A stretch of DNA of 51,596 nt from IMG/VR virus record IMGVR_UViG_2718218098_000003. The stretch is one strand, 5' to 3'. The stretch is from a virus (lineage: Duplodnaviria > Heunggongvirae > Uroviricota > Caudoviricetes). How positions within the stretch are numbered: position 1 is the stretch's first letter; each line of letters begins with the position of its first letter. Shown one piece after another: positions 29,145-39,975 of this stretch. The position numbers and the translations under genes are program-made. Below the pieces are notes generated by a model. The model had not been told where the DNA came from, searched no databases, and was given only the letters and a program-made list of their open reading frames with translations.

Positions 29145-30733
29145 AACGAACGCCAGTCCTGATTGATGTAAACGGCGTTCCGCTTCGTGAGAGTCTCAGC
29201 TACAACGGGGGCGGCGCAGGATTTGGCGGGCAAATGGCGGAGTGGTTGCCACCGGCGCAGGGTGCCGATGCGGCTCTGTTGCCTGCGTTGCGTCTGGGGA
29301 ATGCCCGCGCAGATGATCTGGTGCGCAATAACGGAATAGCGGCTAATGCGGTGGCCCTGCATAAGGATCACATTGTCGGGCATATGTTTCTGATCAGCTA
29401 CCGTCCGAACTGGCGCTGGCTGGGGATGCGGGAGACCGCAGCAAAAAGCTTTGTCGATGAGGTGGAGGCGGCCTGGTCGGAATACGCAGAAGGGATGTTT
29501 GGCGAGATCGATGTGGAAGGGAAACGCACATTTACGGAATTTATCCGTGAAGGTGTGGGCGTTCATGCGTTTAACGGTGAAATCTTTGTGCAGCCGGTCT
29601 GGGATACGGATACCACGCAGTTATTCCGTACACGTTTTAAAGCCGTGAGTCCTAAACGGGTGGACACGCCTGGACACGGTATGGGGAACCGTTTCCTGCG
29701 GGCCGGGGTGGAAGTCGATCGGCATGGACGGGCTGTTGCGTACCATATCTGTGAGGATGATTTTCCGTTCTATGGAAGTGGACGCTGGGAGCGGATCCCG
29801 CGTGAACTTCCCACCGGGCGTCCGGCCATGCTGCATATTTTCGAGCCGGTGGAGGACGGGCAGACCCGTGGAGCTAATCAGTTTTACAGCGTCATGGAAC
29901 GGCTGAAAATGCTCGATTCCCTGCAGACCACGCAGCTTCAGTCGGCCATAGTGAAGGCGATGTATGCAGCGACGATTGAAAGTGAACTCGATACCGAAAA
30001 GGCCTTTGAATATATCGCGGGTGCACCGCAGGGTCAGCAGGATAATCCGCTCATTAATATTCTGGAGAAGTTCACCCGCTGGTATGACACGAATAACGTG
30101 ACGCTGGGCGGTGTCAAAATTCCGCACCTTTTTCCCGGGGATGATCTGAAACTGCAGACTGCGCAGGATTCAGACAATGGATTTTCTGCGCTTGAACAGG
30201 CGCTGCTGCGGTATATCGCCGCCGGTCTTGGCGTTTCCTACGAACAGTTGTCCCGTGATTACTCGAAGGTCAGTTACTCAAGTGCCCGTGCTTCAGCCAA
30301 TGAGTCGTGGCGCTATTTTATGGGGCGACGAAAATTTATTGCGTCCCGGCTGGCCACGCAGATGTTTTCCTGCTGGCTGGAAGAGGCGCTTCTTCGGGGG
30401 ATTATTCGTCCGCCACGGGCGCGTTTTGATTTTTATCAGGCGCGTTCAGCCTGGTCACGGGCAGAGTGGATTGGCTCCGGAAGAATGGCCATTGACGGAC
30501 TCAAGGAGGTTCAGGAATCGGTGATGCGCATTGAGGCCGGACTGAGCACGTATGAGAAAGAGCTGGCACTGATGGGCGAGGATTATCAGGACATTTTCCG
30601 CCAGCAGGTCAGGGAATCTGCAGAGCGGCAAAAAGCCGGACTCTCACGCCCGGTGTGGATAGCGCAGGCGTATCAGCAGCAGATAGCGGAGAGTCGCAGA
30701 CCGGAAGAGGAGACAACACCACGTGAGACGTAA
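29141..30733 (+). CDS. B: Portal protein B
   Basis: 530 aa, lambda gpB-like; gene order. Confidence 0.85.
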   Translation: MKRTPVLIDVNGVPLRESLSYNGGGAGFGGQMAEWLPPAQGADAALLPALRLGNARADDLVRNNGIAANAVALHKDHIVGHMFLISYRPNWRWLGMRETAAKSFVDEVEAAWSEYAEGMFGEIDVEGKRTFTEFIREGVGVHAFNGEIFVQPVWDTDTTQLFRTRFKAVSPKRVDTPGHGMGNRFLRAGVEVDRHGRAVAYHICEDDFPFYGSGRWERIPRELPTGRPAMLHIFEPVEDGQTRGANQFYSVMERLKMLDSLQTTQLQSAIVKAMYAATIESELDTEKAFEYIAGAPQGQQDNPLINILEKFTRWYDTNNVTLGGVKIPHLFPGDDLKLQTAQDSDNGFSALEQALLRYIAAGLGVSYEQLSRDYSKVSYSSARASANESWRYFMGRRKFIASRLATQMFSCWLEEALLRGIIRPPRARFDFYQARSAWSRAEWIGSGRMAIDGLKEVQESVMRIEAGLSTYEKELALMGEDYQDIFRQQVRESAERQKAGLSRPVWIAQAYQQQIAESRRPEEETTPRET

Positions 30734-32228
30734 TCTTTCACACATTATTGCCGCAGCATTCAATGAACCGCTGCTTCTGGAGCCCGCCTATGCGCGGGTT
30801 TTCTTTTGCGCGCTCGGGCGCGAGATGGGGGCCGCAAGTCTTTCGGTACCGCAACAGCAGGTACAGCTTGATGCTCCCGGAATGCTGGCTGAAACGGACG
30901 AGTACATGGCCGGAGGTAAACGACCGGCCCGTGTTTACAGGGTGGTGAATGGTATTGCTGTACTGCCGGTGACAGGCACGCTGGTGCACCGGCTGGGGGG
31001 GATGCGGCCATTTTCCGGAATGACAGGTTATGACGGCATTGTCGCCTGTCTTCAGCAGGCAATGTCGGATACCCAGGTGCGGGGTGTACTGCTGGATATT
31101 GACAGTCCTGGTGGGCAGGCCGCCGGTGCGTTTGACTGCGCTGACATGATTTACCGCCTCCGGCAGCAGAAGCCTGTCTGGGCGCTGTGCAATGACACGG
31201 CCTGTTCTGCGGCAATGCTGCTGGCATCGGCCTGTTCCCGTCGGCTGATTACCCAGACATCCCGTATTGGCTCCATTGGCGTGATGATGAGCCATGTCAG
31301 CTATGCCGGTCATCTGGCGCAGGCCGGTGTGGATATCACGCTGATTTACTCAGGGGGGCACAAGGTGGATGGCAATCAGTTTGAATCCCTGCCGTCAGAG
31401 GTTCGTCAGGACATGCAGCAGCGCATTGATGCGGCGCGCCGGATGTTTGCTGAAAAAGTGGCGATGTATACCGGTTTATCTGTGGATACGGTTATGGGGA
31501 CAGAGGCCGCTGTTTTTGAAGGTCAGTCAGGTATTGAGGCCGGGCTGGCGGATGAATTAATCAATGCGTCGGATGCCATCAGCGTGATGGCCGCGACGCT
31601 GAACACACATGATACAGGAGGCACTATGCCGCAATTAACTGCAACGGAAGCCGTCGCGCAGGAGAACCAGCGAGTGATGGGGATCCTGACATGCCAGGAA
31701 GCGAAAGGACGTGAACAGCTTGCCTCGATGCTGGCAGGACAACAGGGCATGAGCGTTGAACAGGCCCGGGCGATTCTGGCCGCGGCGGCACCGCAGCAGC
31801 CGGTGGCATCCACGCAGAGTGAAGCCGATCGCATTATGGCGTGTGAAGAAGCGAACGGTCGTGAACAACTGGCGGCAACGCTGGCGACGATGCCGGAGAT
31901 GACGGTGGAAAAAGCCCGCCTGATCCTGGCTGCTTCACCGCAGGCGGATGCCGGACTATCACTCCGTGATCAAATCATGGCCCTGGATGAGGCGAAAGGG
32001 GCTGAGGCGCAGGCTGAAAAACTGGCGGCCTGCCCGGGGATGACCGTGGAGAATGCCCGGGCTGTACTGGCTGCTGCATCAGGTAAAGCTGAACCAGTCT
32101 CTGCCTCCACGATATCCATGTTTGAACGTTTCATGGCGAACCATTCACCGGCAGCGGTGCAGGGCGGCATGTCACAGACGTCAGCAGACGGTGATGCGGA
32201 CGTAAAAATGCTCATGGCCATGCCATAA
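30723..32228 (+). CDS. C: Head maturation protease C (S49 family) with nested scaffold (Nu3-like) C-terminal region
   Basis: 501 aa; S49 peptidase core; three ~45-aa repeats in C-terminal part. Confidence 0.8.
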   Translation: MRRNLSHIIAAAFNEPLLLEPAYARVFFCALGREMGAASLSVPQQQVQLDAPGMLAETDEYMAGGKRPARVYRVVNGIAVLPVTGTLVHRLGGMRPFSGMTGYDGIVACLQQAMSDTQVRGVLLDIDSPGGQAAGAFDCADMIYRLRQQKPVWALCNDTACSAAMLLASACSRRLITQTSRIGSIGVMMSHVSYAGHLAQAGVDITLIYSGGHKVDGNQFESLPSEVRQDMQQRIDAARRMFAEKVAMYTGLSVDTVMGTEAAVFEGQSGIEAGLADELINASDAISVMAATLNTHDTGGTMPQLTATEAVAQENQRVMGILTCQEAKGREQLASMLAGQQGMSVEQARAILAAAAPQQPVASTQSEADRIMACEEANGREQLAATLATMPEMTVEKARLILAASPQADAGLSLRDQIMALDEAKGAEAQAEKLAACPGMTVENARAVLAAASGKAEPVSASTISMFERFMANHSPAAVQGGMSQTSADGDADVKMLMAMP

Positions 32229-32264
32229 AGCCACTGCTGATCATCAATATGAGGTTTTAATAAT

Positions 32265-32612
32265 ATGGTAACGAAAACCATCACTGAACAGCGTGCGGAA
32301 GTACGTATTTTTGCCGGTAATGATCCGGCTCATACCGCCACAGGCAGCAGCGGGATTTCCTCGGCAACACAGGCACTGACCCCCCTGATGCTGGATGAGG
32401 CCACCGGGAAACTGGTGGTCTGGGACGGACAGAAAGCCGGTAGTGCGGTTGGCATACTGGTACTGCCGCTTGAAGGCACAGAGACGGCGCTGACGTATTA
32501 CAAGTCGGGGACCTTTGCGACGGAGGCAATTCACTGGCCTGAGAGTGTGGATGAACACAAAAAGGCCAACGCCTTTGCCGGCAGTGCCCTGAGTCACGCG
32601 GCGCTGCCGTAA
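32265..32612 (+). CDS. D: Head decoration protein D
   Basis: 115 aa, lambda gpD-like (GNDPAHTATG...TPLMLDEATGKLVVWDG). Confidence 0.85.
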   Translation: MVTKTITEQRAEVRIFAGNDPAHTATGSSGISSATQALTPLMLDEATGKLVVWDGQKAGSAVGILVLPLEGTETALTYYKSGTFATEAIHWPESVDEHKKANAFAGSALSHAALP

Positions 32613-32669
32613 CACGTTATCAGGCCACCGCGGTGGCCTGACTGATTTCTGAATGAAAGGAACTGATTT

Positions 32670-33698
32670 ATGGGATTGTTTACGACCCGCCAGTTACTCG
32701 GTTATACCGAACAAAAAGTTAAATTTCGTGCGCTGTTTCTGGAGCTGTTTTTCCGCCGTACGGTGAATTTCCATACCGAAGAGGTGATGCTGGACAAAAT
32801 TACCGGAAAAACGCCGGTGGCGGCCTATGTCTCCCCGGTTGTTGAAGGAAAAGTGCTGCGTCATCGTGGTGGTGAAACCCGCGTGTTACGTCCGGGCTAC
32901 GTCAAGCCGAAACACGAATTTAATTACCAGCAGGCGGTTGAACGTCTTCCCGGTGAAGATCCGGCTCAGTTGAACGACCCGGCCTACCGTCGTCTGCGTA
33001 TCATCACTGATAACCTCAAACAGGAAGAGCATGCCATTGTCCAGGTGGAAGAAATGCAGGCGGTAAATGCTGTGTTGTATGGCAAATACACCATGGAAGG
33101 AGACCAGTTCGAGAAAATTGAGGTCGATTTTGGCAGGTCGACGAAGAATAACATCACACAGGGTAGCGGTAAGGAATGGTCAAAACAGGATCGTGACACG
33201 TTCGATCCTACACATGATATTGACCTCTACTGCGACCAGGCCAGCGGCCTTGTGAATATTGCCATCATGGACGGTACCGTCTGGCGTCTGCTGAATGGTT
33301 TTAAGCTGTTTCGCGAAAAACTGGATACCCGTCGCGGTTCAAATTCACAACTCGAAACGGCAGTTAAAGATCTGGGCACAGTGGTGTCCTTCAAGGGGTA
33401 TTACGGCGATCTGGCCATTGTGGTGGCGAAAACCTCTTATGTGGCAGAGGACGGTACCGAAAAACGTTATCTGCCGGAGGGCACGCTGGTGCTGGGGAAT
33501 ACTGCTGCAGATGGGATCCGTTGTTACGGTGCCATTCAGGATGCGCAGGCGTTGTCGGAAGGTGTGGTGGCTTCTTCCCGTTACCCGAAACACTGGATGA
33601 CAGTGGGTGATCCCGCTCGTGAATTCACCATGACGCAGTCCGCGCCGCTGATGGTACTCCCTGATCCAGATGAGTTCGTGGTGGTACAGGTGAAATAA
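32670..33698 (+). CDS. E: Major capsid protein E
   Basis: 342 aa, lambda gpE-like. Confidence 0.9.
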   Translation: MGLFTTRQLLGYTEQKVKFRALFLELFFRRTVNFHTEEVMLDKITGKTPVAAYVSPVVEGKVLRHRGGETRVLRPGYVKPKHEFNYQQAVERLPGEDPAQLNDPAYRRLRIITDNLKQEEHAIVQVEEMQAVNAVLYGKYTMEGDQFEKIEVDFGRSTKNNITQGSGKEWSKQDRDTFDPTHDIDLYCDQASGLVNIAIMDGTVWRLLNGFKLFREKLDTRRGSNSQLETAVKDLGTVVSFKGYYGDLAIVVAKTSYVAEDGTEKRYLPEGTLVLGNTAADGIRCYGAIQDAQALSEGVVASSRYPKHWMTVGDPAREFTMTQSAPLMVLPDPDEFVVVQVK

Positions 33699-33750
33699 CA
33701 TATAACCGGGGGGGCGATATACCCCCTTTTTTATTCAACCGGAAACAGAT

Positions 33751-34131
33751 ATGGCAAAGAAAGACGAGAATCTGAAACGCCTGAAAGAACTATCAGAGTT
33801 GCTGGGACGTGAACCTGATATGTCAGGAAGTGCGGCAGATATTGCACAGCGTGTGGCAGAGCTGGAAGAGGAGCTTGGTGATGTGGATGGTACTGACAGC
33901 CAGGCAAGTGCGCTTACCGGGCAGGAAAATAACGAGGTGTCAGCGCAGCCGGATACCGTGACTGATACGGCTGATCTGGTCACGGTTGTGGCACTGGTGA
34001 CGCTGCATACTGATGCACTTCACGCCACGCGGGATGAGGCTGTGGCATTTGTGCTGCCGGGAACGGCGTTCCGTGTCTCTGCCGGTGTGGCAGCTGAAAT
34101 GACAGAGCGCGGCCTGGCCAGAATGCAATAA
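33751..34131 (+). CDS. FI: DNA packaging protein FI
   Basis: 126 aa, position and acidic character. Confidence 0.65.
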   Translation: MAKKDENLKRLKELSELLGREPDMSGSAADIAQRVAELEEELGDVDGTDSQASALTGQENNEVSAQPDTVTDTADLVTVVALVTLHTDALHATRDEAVAFVLPGTAFRVSAGVAAEMTERGLARMQ

Positions 34132-34142
34132 CGGGAGGCGCT

Positions 34143-34496
34143 GTGGCTGATTTCGATAACCTGTTCGATGCTGCCATTGCCCGCGCCGATGAAACGATAC
34201 GCGGGTACATGGGAACGTCAGCCACCATGACATCCGGTGAGCAGTCCGGCGCAGTAATACGTGGTGTTTTTGATGACCCTGAAAATATCAGCTATGCCGG
34301 ACAGGGCGTGCGCGTTGAAGGCTCCAGCCCGTCCCTGTTTGTCCGGACTGATGATGTGCGGCAACTGCGGCGTGGAGACACGCTGACCGTCGGCGAGGAA
34401 AATTTCTGGGTGGACCGGATTTCGCCTGATGACGGGGGCAGTTGTTATCTCTGGCTCAACCGGGGGCAACCACCTGCCGTTAACCGTCGCCGCTGA
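34143..34496 (+). CDS. FII: Head-tail joining protein FII
   Basis: 117 aa, MADFDNLFDAAIARADETIRGYMG lambda FII-like. Confidence 0.85.
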   Translation: MADFDNLFDAAIARADETIRGYMGTSATMTSGEQSGAVIRGVFDDPENISYAGQGVRVEGSSPSLFVRTDDVRQLRRGDTLTVGEENFWVDRISPDDGGSCYLWLNRGQPPAVNRRR

Positions 34497-34507
34497 CAGG
34501 GGGATGT

Positions 34508-35083
34508 ATGACCATAAAAGGCCTTGAGCAGGCCGCTGAAAACCTCAGTCGTATCAGTAAAACGGCGGTGCCAGCTGCTTCAGCAATGGCCATTAACCGC
34601 GTGGCCACAACGGCGATTAATCAGTCTTCGTCTCAGGTCGCCCGTGAAACCAGGGTGCCGAGAAAACTGGTTAAAGAGAGATCCAGACTGAAACGGGCGA
34701 CGGTCAGAAATCCGAATGCCAAAATTATCGTTAACCGCGGTGATTTGCCTGTTATTAAGCTGGGGATCAGGATGCTTGGTCATCGCCCGAACAGCATACT
34801 CAAAGCCGGTCAGCATCGTTATCAGCGGGCATTCATCCAGCGACTGAATAATGGGCGCTGGCATGTTATGCAACGTCTGCCAGAAGCCAGGTATGCGAAG
34901 GGCAATGACGATAAGGGAAGGAAAAAGCGTAATCGTCTTCCCATTCAGGTGGTGAAAATTCCGATGGCGGCTCCACTGAAACAGGCTTTTGATGAGAACG
35001 TTAACCGTATCCGACGCGAACGTCTGCCAAAAGAACTGAGCTATGCGCTGAAACAACAACTGAGGATTGTGATAAAGCGATGA
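34508..35083 (+). CDS. Z: Tail completion protein Z
   Basis: 191 aa, lambda gpZ-like. Confidence 0.8.
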   Translation: MTIKGLEQAAENLSRISKTAVPAASAMAINRVATTAINQSSSQVARETRVPRKLVKERSRLKRATVRNPNAKIIVNRGDLPVIKLGIRMLGHRPNSILKAGQHRYQRAFIQRLNNGRWHVMQRLPEARYAKGNDDKGRKKRNRLPIQVVKIPMAAPLKQAFDENVNRIRRERLPKELSYALKQQLRIVIKR

Positions 35084-35475
35084 AACATACTGATATCCGT
35101 GCTGCAGTGCTGGATGCACTCGAGCAGCATGAACACGGGGCGACGCTGTTTGATGGTCGCCCCGTTGTTTTTGACGAAGAGGATTTTCCTGCGATCGCGG
35201 TTTATCTGACGGATGCAGAGTATACCGGTGAAGAGCTGGATGCAGATACCTGGCGGGCCACACTGCATATTGAGGTGTTTTTACCGGCACAGGTACCGGA
35301 TTCAGAGCTGGATTCGTGGATGGAAAGCCGGATTTATCCGGTGATGAGCGATATCCCGGCACTGTCAGATTTGATCACCAGTATGGTGGCCAGCGGCTAT
35401 GACTACCGGCGCGACGATGATGCGGGCCTGTGGAGTTCAGCCGATCTGACTTATGTCATTACCTATGAAATGTGA
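35080..35475 (+). CDS. U: Tail terminator protein U
   Basis: 131 aa, lambda gpU-like. Confidence 0.85.
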   Translation: MKHTDIRAAVLDALEQHEHGATLFDGRPVVFDEEDFPAIAVYLTDAEYTGEELDADTWRATLHIEVFLPAQVPDSELDSWMESRIYPVMSDIPALSDLITSMVASGYDYRRDDDAGLWSSADLTYVITYEM

Positions 35476-35482
35476 GGACGCT

Positions 35483-36223
35483 ATGCCTGTACCAAATCCT
35501 GTAATGCCGGTGAAAGGTGCCGGGACCACCCTGTGGGTTTATAAGGGGAGCGGTGACCCTTATGCGAATCCGCTTTCAGACGTTGACTGGTCGCGTCTGG
35601 CAAAAGTTAAAGACCTGGCGCCCGGCGAACTGACCGCTGAGTCCTATGACGACAGTTATCTCGATGATGAAGATGCGGACTGGACCGCGACCGGGCAGGG
35701 GCAGAAATCCGCCGGAGATACCAGCTTCACGCTGGCGTGGATGCCCGGAGAGCAGGGTCAGCAGGCGCTGCTGGCATGGTTTAATGAAGGTGATACCCGT
35801 GCCTATAAAATCCGCTTCCCGAACGGCACGGTCGATGTGTTCCGTGGCTGGGTCAGCAGTATCGGTAAGGCGGTGACGGCGAAGGAAGTGATCACCCGCA
35901 CAGTGAAGGTCACCAATGTGGGCCGTCCGTCGATGGCTGAAGATCGCAGCACGGTAACAGCGGCAACCGGCATGACCGTGACGCCTGCCAGCACCTCGGT
36001 GGTGAAAGGGAAGAGCATCACGCTGACCGTGGCATTCCAGCCGGAGGGCGCAACCGACAAGAGCTTCCGTGCGGTGTCAGCGGATAAAACAAAAGCCACC
36101 GTGTCGGTCAGTGGTATGACCATTACCGTGAACGGCGTTGCTGCAGGTAAGGTCAACATTCCGGTCGTATCCGGTAATGGTGAACTTGCTGCGGTTGCAG
36201 AAATCACCGTCACCGACAGTTAA
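35483..36223 (+). CDS. V: Major tail protein V
   Basis: 246 aa from [22 protein letters not shown]; C-terminal Ig-like domain. Confidence 0.9.
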   Translation: MPVPNPVMPVKGAGTTLWVYKGSGDPYANPLSDVDWSRLAKVKDLAPGELTAESYDDSYLDDEDADWTATGQGQKSAGDTSFTLAWMPGEQGQQALLAWFNEGDTRAYKIRFPNGTVDVFRGWVSSIGKAVTAKEVITRTVKVTNVGRPSMAEDRSTVTAATGMTVTPASTSVVKGKSITLTVAFQPEGATDKSFRAVSADKTKATVSVSGMTITVNGVAAGKVNIPVVSGNGELAAVAEITVTDS

Positions 36224-36238
36224 TCCGGAGAGTCAGCG

Positions 36239-36661
36239 ATGTTCCTGAAAACTGAATCATTTGAATATAACGGCGTAAGCGTCACGCTTTCTGAACTGTC
36301 AGCCCTGCAGCGTATTGAGCATCTCGCCCTGCTGAAACGACAGGCAGAACGGGCGGGAGGTGGCGATAACCTGCTGGTGAGCGTGGAAGATCTCGTCAGA
36401 ACCGGCGCTTTTCTGGTAGCGATGTCCCTGTGGCATAACCATCCGCAGAAGACAAAGATGCCGTCCATGGATGAAGCCGTTAAACAGATTGAGCAGGAAG
36501 TGCTTACCACCTGGCCCACAGAGGCAATTGCTCAGGCTGAAAATGTGGTAATGCGTCTGTCCGGTATGTCTGAGTTTGTTGTGAATAATGCTCCTGAGCA
36601 GACAGAAGACGCCGGGCCTGCAGAGCCTGTTTCTGCGGGAAAGTGTTCGACGGTGAGCTGA
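36239..36661 (+). CDS. G: Tail assembly chaperone G
   Basis: 140 aa, lambda gpG-like. Confidence 0.85.
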   Translation: MFLKTESFEYNGVSVTLSELSALQRIEHLALLKRQAERAGGGDNLLVSVEDLVRTGAFLVAMSLWHNHPQKTKMPSMDEAVKQIEQEVLTTWPTEAIAQAENVVMRLSGMSEFVVNNAPEQTEDAGPAEPVSAGKCSTVS

Positions 36662-37077
36662 GTTTTGCCCTGAAACTGGCGCGCGAGATGGGGCGACCCG
36701 ACTGGCGCGCCATGCTTGCCGGGATGTCATCCACGGAGTATGCCGACTGGCACCGCTTTTACAGCACCCATTATTTTCATGATGTTCTGCTGGATATGCA
36801 CTTTTCCGGGCTGACGTACACCGTGCTCAGCCTGTTTTTCAGCGATCCGGATCTGCATCCGCTGGATTTCAGTCTGCTGAACCGGCGTGAGGTTGATGAA
36901 GCGTCTGAAGATGATGTGCTGATGCAGAAAGCGGCAGGGCTTGCCGGAGGCGTCCGCTTTGATCCGGACGGGAATGAAATTATCCCCGCGACCCCGGATG
37001 TGGCGGATATGACGGAGGATGACGTAATGCTGATGACAGTATCAGAAGGGATCGCAGGAGGAGTCCGGTATGGCTGA
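36239..37077 (+). CDS. Tail assembly chaperone G-T fusion made by -1 programmed frameshift
   Basis: Slippery heptamer gggaaag at 36637-36643 near the end of G; T frame continues to 37077. Confidence 0.7.
36637..36643 (+). promoter_or_regulatory. -1 ribosomal frameshift slippery site (G GGA AAG)
   Basis: Heptamer seen in sequence at the G/T junction. Confidence 0.7.
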
Positions 37078-39649
37078 ACCGGTAGGCGATCTGGTCGTTG
37101 ATTTAAGTCTGGATGCGGCCAGATTTGACGAGCAGATGGCCAGAGTCAGGCGTCATTTTTCCGGTACGGAAAGTGATGCGAAAAAAACAGCGGCAGTCGT
37201 TGAACAGTCGATGAACCGACAGGCACTGGCTGCACAGAAAGCGGGGATTTCCGTCGGGCAGTATAAAGCCGCCATGCGTATGCTGCCTGCGCAGTTCACC
37301 GACGTGGCCACGCAGCTTGCAGGCGGGCAGAGTCCGTGGCTGATCCTGCTGCAACAGGGTGGTCAGGTGAAGGACTCCTTCGGCGGGATGATCCCCATGT
37401 TCCGGGGGCTTGCCGGTGCGATCACCCTGCCGATGGTCGGGGCCACCTCGCTGGCGGTGGCGACCGGTGCGCTGGCGTATGCCTGGTATCAGGGCAACTC
37501 AACCCTGTCCAGTTTCAATAAAACGCTGGTCCTTTCCGGTAATCAGGCAGGACTGACGGCAGAGCGTATGCTGGTCCTGTCAAGAGCCGGGCAGGCGGCA
37601 GGGCTGACGTTTAACCAGACCAGCGAGTCACTGACGGCGCTGGTTAATGCCGGTGTGCGTGGTGGTGAGCAGTTTGAGGCAATCAGCCAGAGTGTGGCGC
37701 GTTTCTCCTCTGCATCCGGCGTGGAAGTGGACAAGGTCGCTGAAGCCTTCGGGAAGCTGACCACAGACCCGACGTCAGGGCTGACAGCGATGGCACGTCA
37801 GTTCCATAACGTGACGGCGGAGCAGATTGCGTATGTTGCTCAGTTGCAGCGTTCCGGCGATGAAGCCGGGGCATTGCAGGCGGCGAACGAGGCCGCAACG
37901 AAAGGGTTTGATGACCAGACCCGCCGCCTGAAAGAGAACATGGGCACGCTGGAGACCTGGGCAGACAGGACAGCGCGGGCATTCAAATCCATGTGGGATT
38001 CGGTGCTGGATATTGGTCGTCCGGACACAGCCCAGGAAATGCTGGAGAAAGCAGAAAAGGCTTTTGATGAGGCGGACAAAAAATGGCAGTGGTATCAGAG
38101 CCGGAGCCACCGGCGCGGTAAAACCTCAGCATTTCTTGCCAATCTCCGGGGAGCATGGGAGGACAGAGCGAATGCGCAACTTGGGCTTTCAGCTGCCACG
38201 TTGCAGGCCGATCTTGAAAAGGCCAGAGAGATGGCAGCAAAGGACTGGGCCGACTCTGAGGCTTCACGGCTGAAATATACCGAAGAGGCGCAGAAGGCTT
38301 ACGAACGTCTGCAGACGCCGCTGGAGAAATATACCGCCCGTCAGGAAGAACTGAATAAGGCACTGAAAGACGGGAAAATCCTGCAGGCAGATTACAACAC
38401 GCTGATGGCGGCGGCGAAAAAGGACTATGAAGCGACGCTGAAAAAGCCGAAACAGTCCGGCGTGAAGGTGTCTGCGGGCGATCGTCAGGAAGACAGTGCT
38501 CATGCCGCCCTGCTGACGCTTCAGGCTGAACTCCGGACGCTGGAGAAGCATGCCGGAGCGAATGAGAAAATCAGCCAGCAGCGCCGGGATTTGTGGAAGG
38601 CGGAAAGTCAGTATGCGGTCCTGAAGGAGGCTGCACAACGTCGCCAGCTGTCTGCACAGGAGAAATCCCTGCTGGCGCATAAAGATGAGACGCTGGAGTA
38701 CAAACGCCAGCTGGCTGCACTTGGCGACAAGGTTACGTATCAGGAGCGCCTGAACGCGCTGGCGCAGCAGGCGGATAAATTTGCACAGCAGCAACGGGCA
38801 AAACGGGCCGCCATTGATGCGAAAAGCCGGGGGCTGACTGACCGGCAGGCAGAACGGGAAGCCACGGAACAGCGCCTGAAGGAACAGTATGGCGATAATC
38901 CGCTGGCGCTGAATAACGTCATGTCAGAGCAGAAAAAGACCTGGGCGGCTGAAGACCAGCTTCGCGGGAGCTGGATGGCAGGCCTGAAGTCCGGCTGGAG
39001 TGAGTGGGAAGAGAGCGCCACGGACAGTATGTCGCAGGTAAAAAGTGCAGCCACGCAGACCTTTGATGGTATTGCACAGAATATGGCGGCGATGCTGACC
39101 GGCAGTGAGCAGAACTGGCGCAGCTTCACCCGTTCCGTGCTGTCCATGATGACAGAAATTCTGCTTAAGCAGGCAATGGTGGGGATTGTCGGGAGTATCG
39201 GCAGCGCCATTGGCGGGGCTGTTGGTGGCGGCGCATCCGCGTCAGGCGGTACAGCCATTCAGGCCGCTGCGGCGAAATTCCATTTTGCAACCGGAGGATT
39301 TACGGGAACCGGCGGCAAATATGAGCCAGCGGGGATTGTTCACCGTGGTGAGTTTGTCTTCACGAAGGAGGCAACCAGCCGGATTGGTGTCGGCAACCTG
39401 TACCGCCTGATGCGGGGCTATGCGGAAGGTGGTTATGTGGGCGGTGCCGGAAGTCCGGCGCAGATGCGGCGGGCTGAAGGCATTAATTTTAATCAGAACA
39501 ATCACGTGGTGATTCAGAACGACGGTACGAATGGTCTGCCAGGTCCACAGATGATGAAGGCAGTGTATGACATGGCCCGCAAGGGTGCCCGTGATGAAAT
39601 CCAGGCACAGATGCGCGATGGTGGCCTGTTCTCCGGAGGTGGACGATGA
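37070..39649 (+). CDS. H: Tail tape measure protein H
   Basis: 859 aa, lambda gpH-like. Confidence 0.9.
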   Translation: MAEPVGDLVVDLSLDAARFDEQMARVRRHFSGTESDAKKTAAVVEQSMNRQALAAQKAGISVGQYKAAMRMLPAQFTDVATQLAGGQSPWLILLQQGGQVKDSFGGMIPMFRGLAGAITLPMVGATSLAVATGALAYAWYQGNSTLSSFNKTLVLSGNQAGLTAERMLVLSRAGQAAGLTFNQTSESLTALVNAGVRGGEQFEAISQSVARFSSASGVEVDKVAEAFGKLTTDPTSGLTAMARQFHNVTAEQIAYVAQLQRSGDEAGALQAANEAATKGFDDQTRRLKENMGTLETWADRTARAFKSMWDSVLDIGRPDTAQEMLEKAEKAFDEADKKWQWYQSRSHRRGKTSAFLANLRGAWEDRANAQLGLSAATLQADLEKAREMAAKDWADSEASRLKYTEEAQKAYERLQTPLEKYTARQEELNKALKDGKILQADYNTLMAAAKKDYEATLKKPKQSGVKVSAGDRQEDSAHAALLTLQAELRTLEKHAGANEKISQQRRDLWKAESQYAVLKEAAQRRQLSAQEKSLLAHKDETLEYKRQLAALGDKVTYQERLNALAQQADKFAQQQRAKRAAIDAKSRGLTDRQAEREATEQRLKEQYGDNPLALNNVMSEQKKTWAAEDQLRGSWMAGLKSGWSEWEESATDSMSQVKSAATQTFDGIAQNMAAMLTGSEQNWRSFTRSVLSMMTEILLKQAMVGIVGSIGSAIGGAVGGGASASGGTAIQAAAAKFHFATGGFTGTGGKYEPAGIVHRGEFVFTKEATSRIGVGNLYRLMRGYAEGGYVGGAGSPAQMRRAEGINFNQNNHVVIQNDGTNGLPGPQMMKAVYDMARKGARDEIQAQMRDGGLFSGGGR

Positions 39650-39975
39650 AAACCTTCCGCTGGAAAGTGAAACCCGGGATGGATGTGACATCGGCTCCTT
39701 CCGTCAGGGAGGTGCGCTTTGGTGATGGCTATTCCCAGCGAGCGCCTGCCGGGCTGAATGCCAACCTGAAAACGTACAGCGTGACGCTGTCTGTCTCCCG
39801 TGAGGAGGCCACGGCGCTGGAGTCGTTTCTGGCTGAGCACGGGGGCTGGAAGGCCTTTCTGTGGACGCCGCCTTATGGTTACAGGCAGATAAAGGTGACC
39901 TGCGCAAAATGGTCGTCGCGGGTCAGTATGCTGCGTGTTGAGTTCAGCGCAGAGTTTGAACAGGTGGTGAACTGA
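39646..39975 (+). CDS. M: Tail tip protein M
   Basis: 109 aa, lambda gpM-like. Confidence 0.85.
   Translation: MKTFRWKVKPGMDVTSAPSVREVRFGDGYSQRAPAGLNANLKTYSVTLSVSREEATALESFLAEHGGWKAFLWTPPYGYRQIKVTCAKWSSRVSMLRVEFSAEFEQVVN

Noticed and set aside
37543-39691. Multiple minus-strand ORFs within the tape measure gene H
   Set aside because: Antisense shadows in a GC-rich repetitive gene
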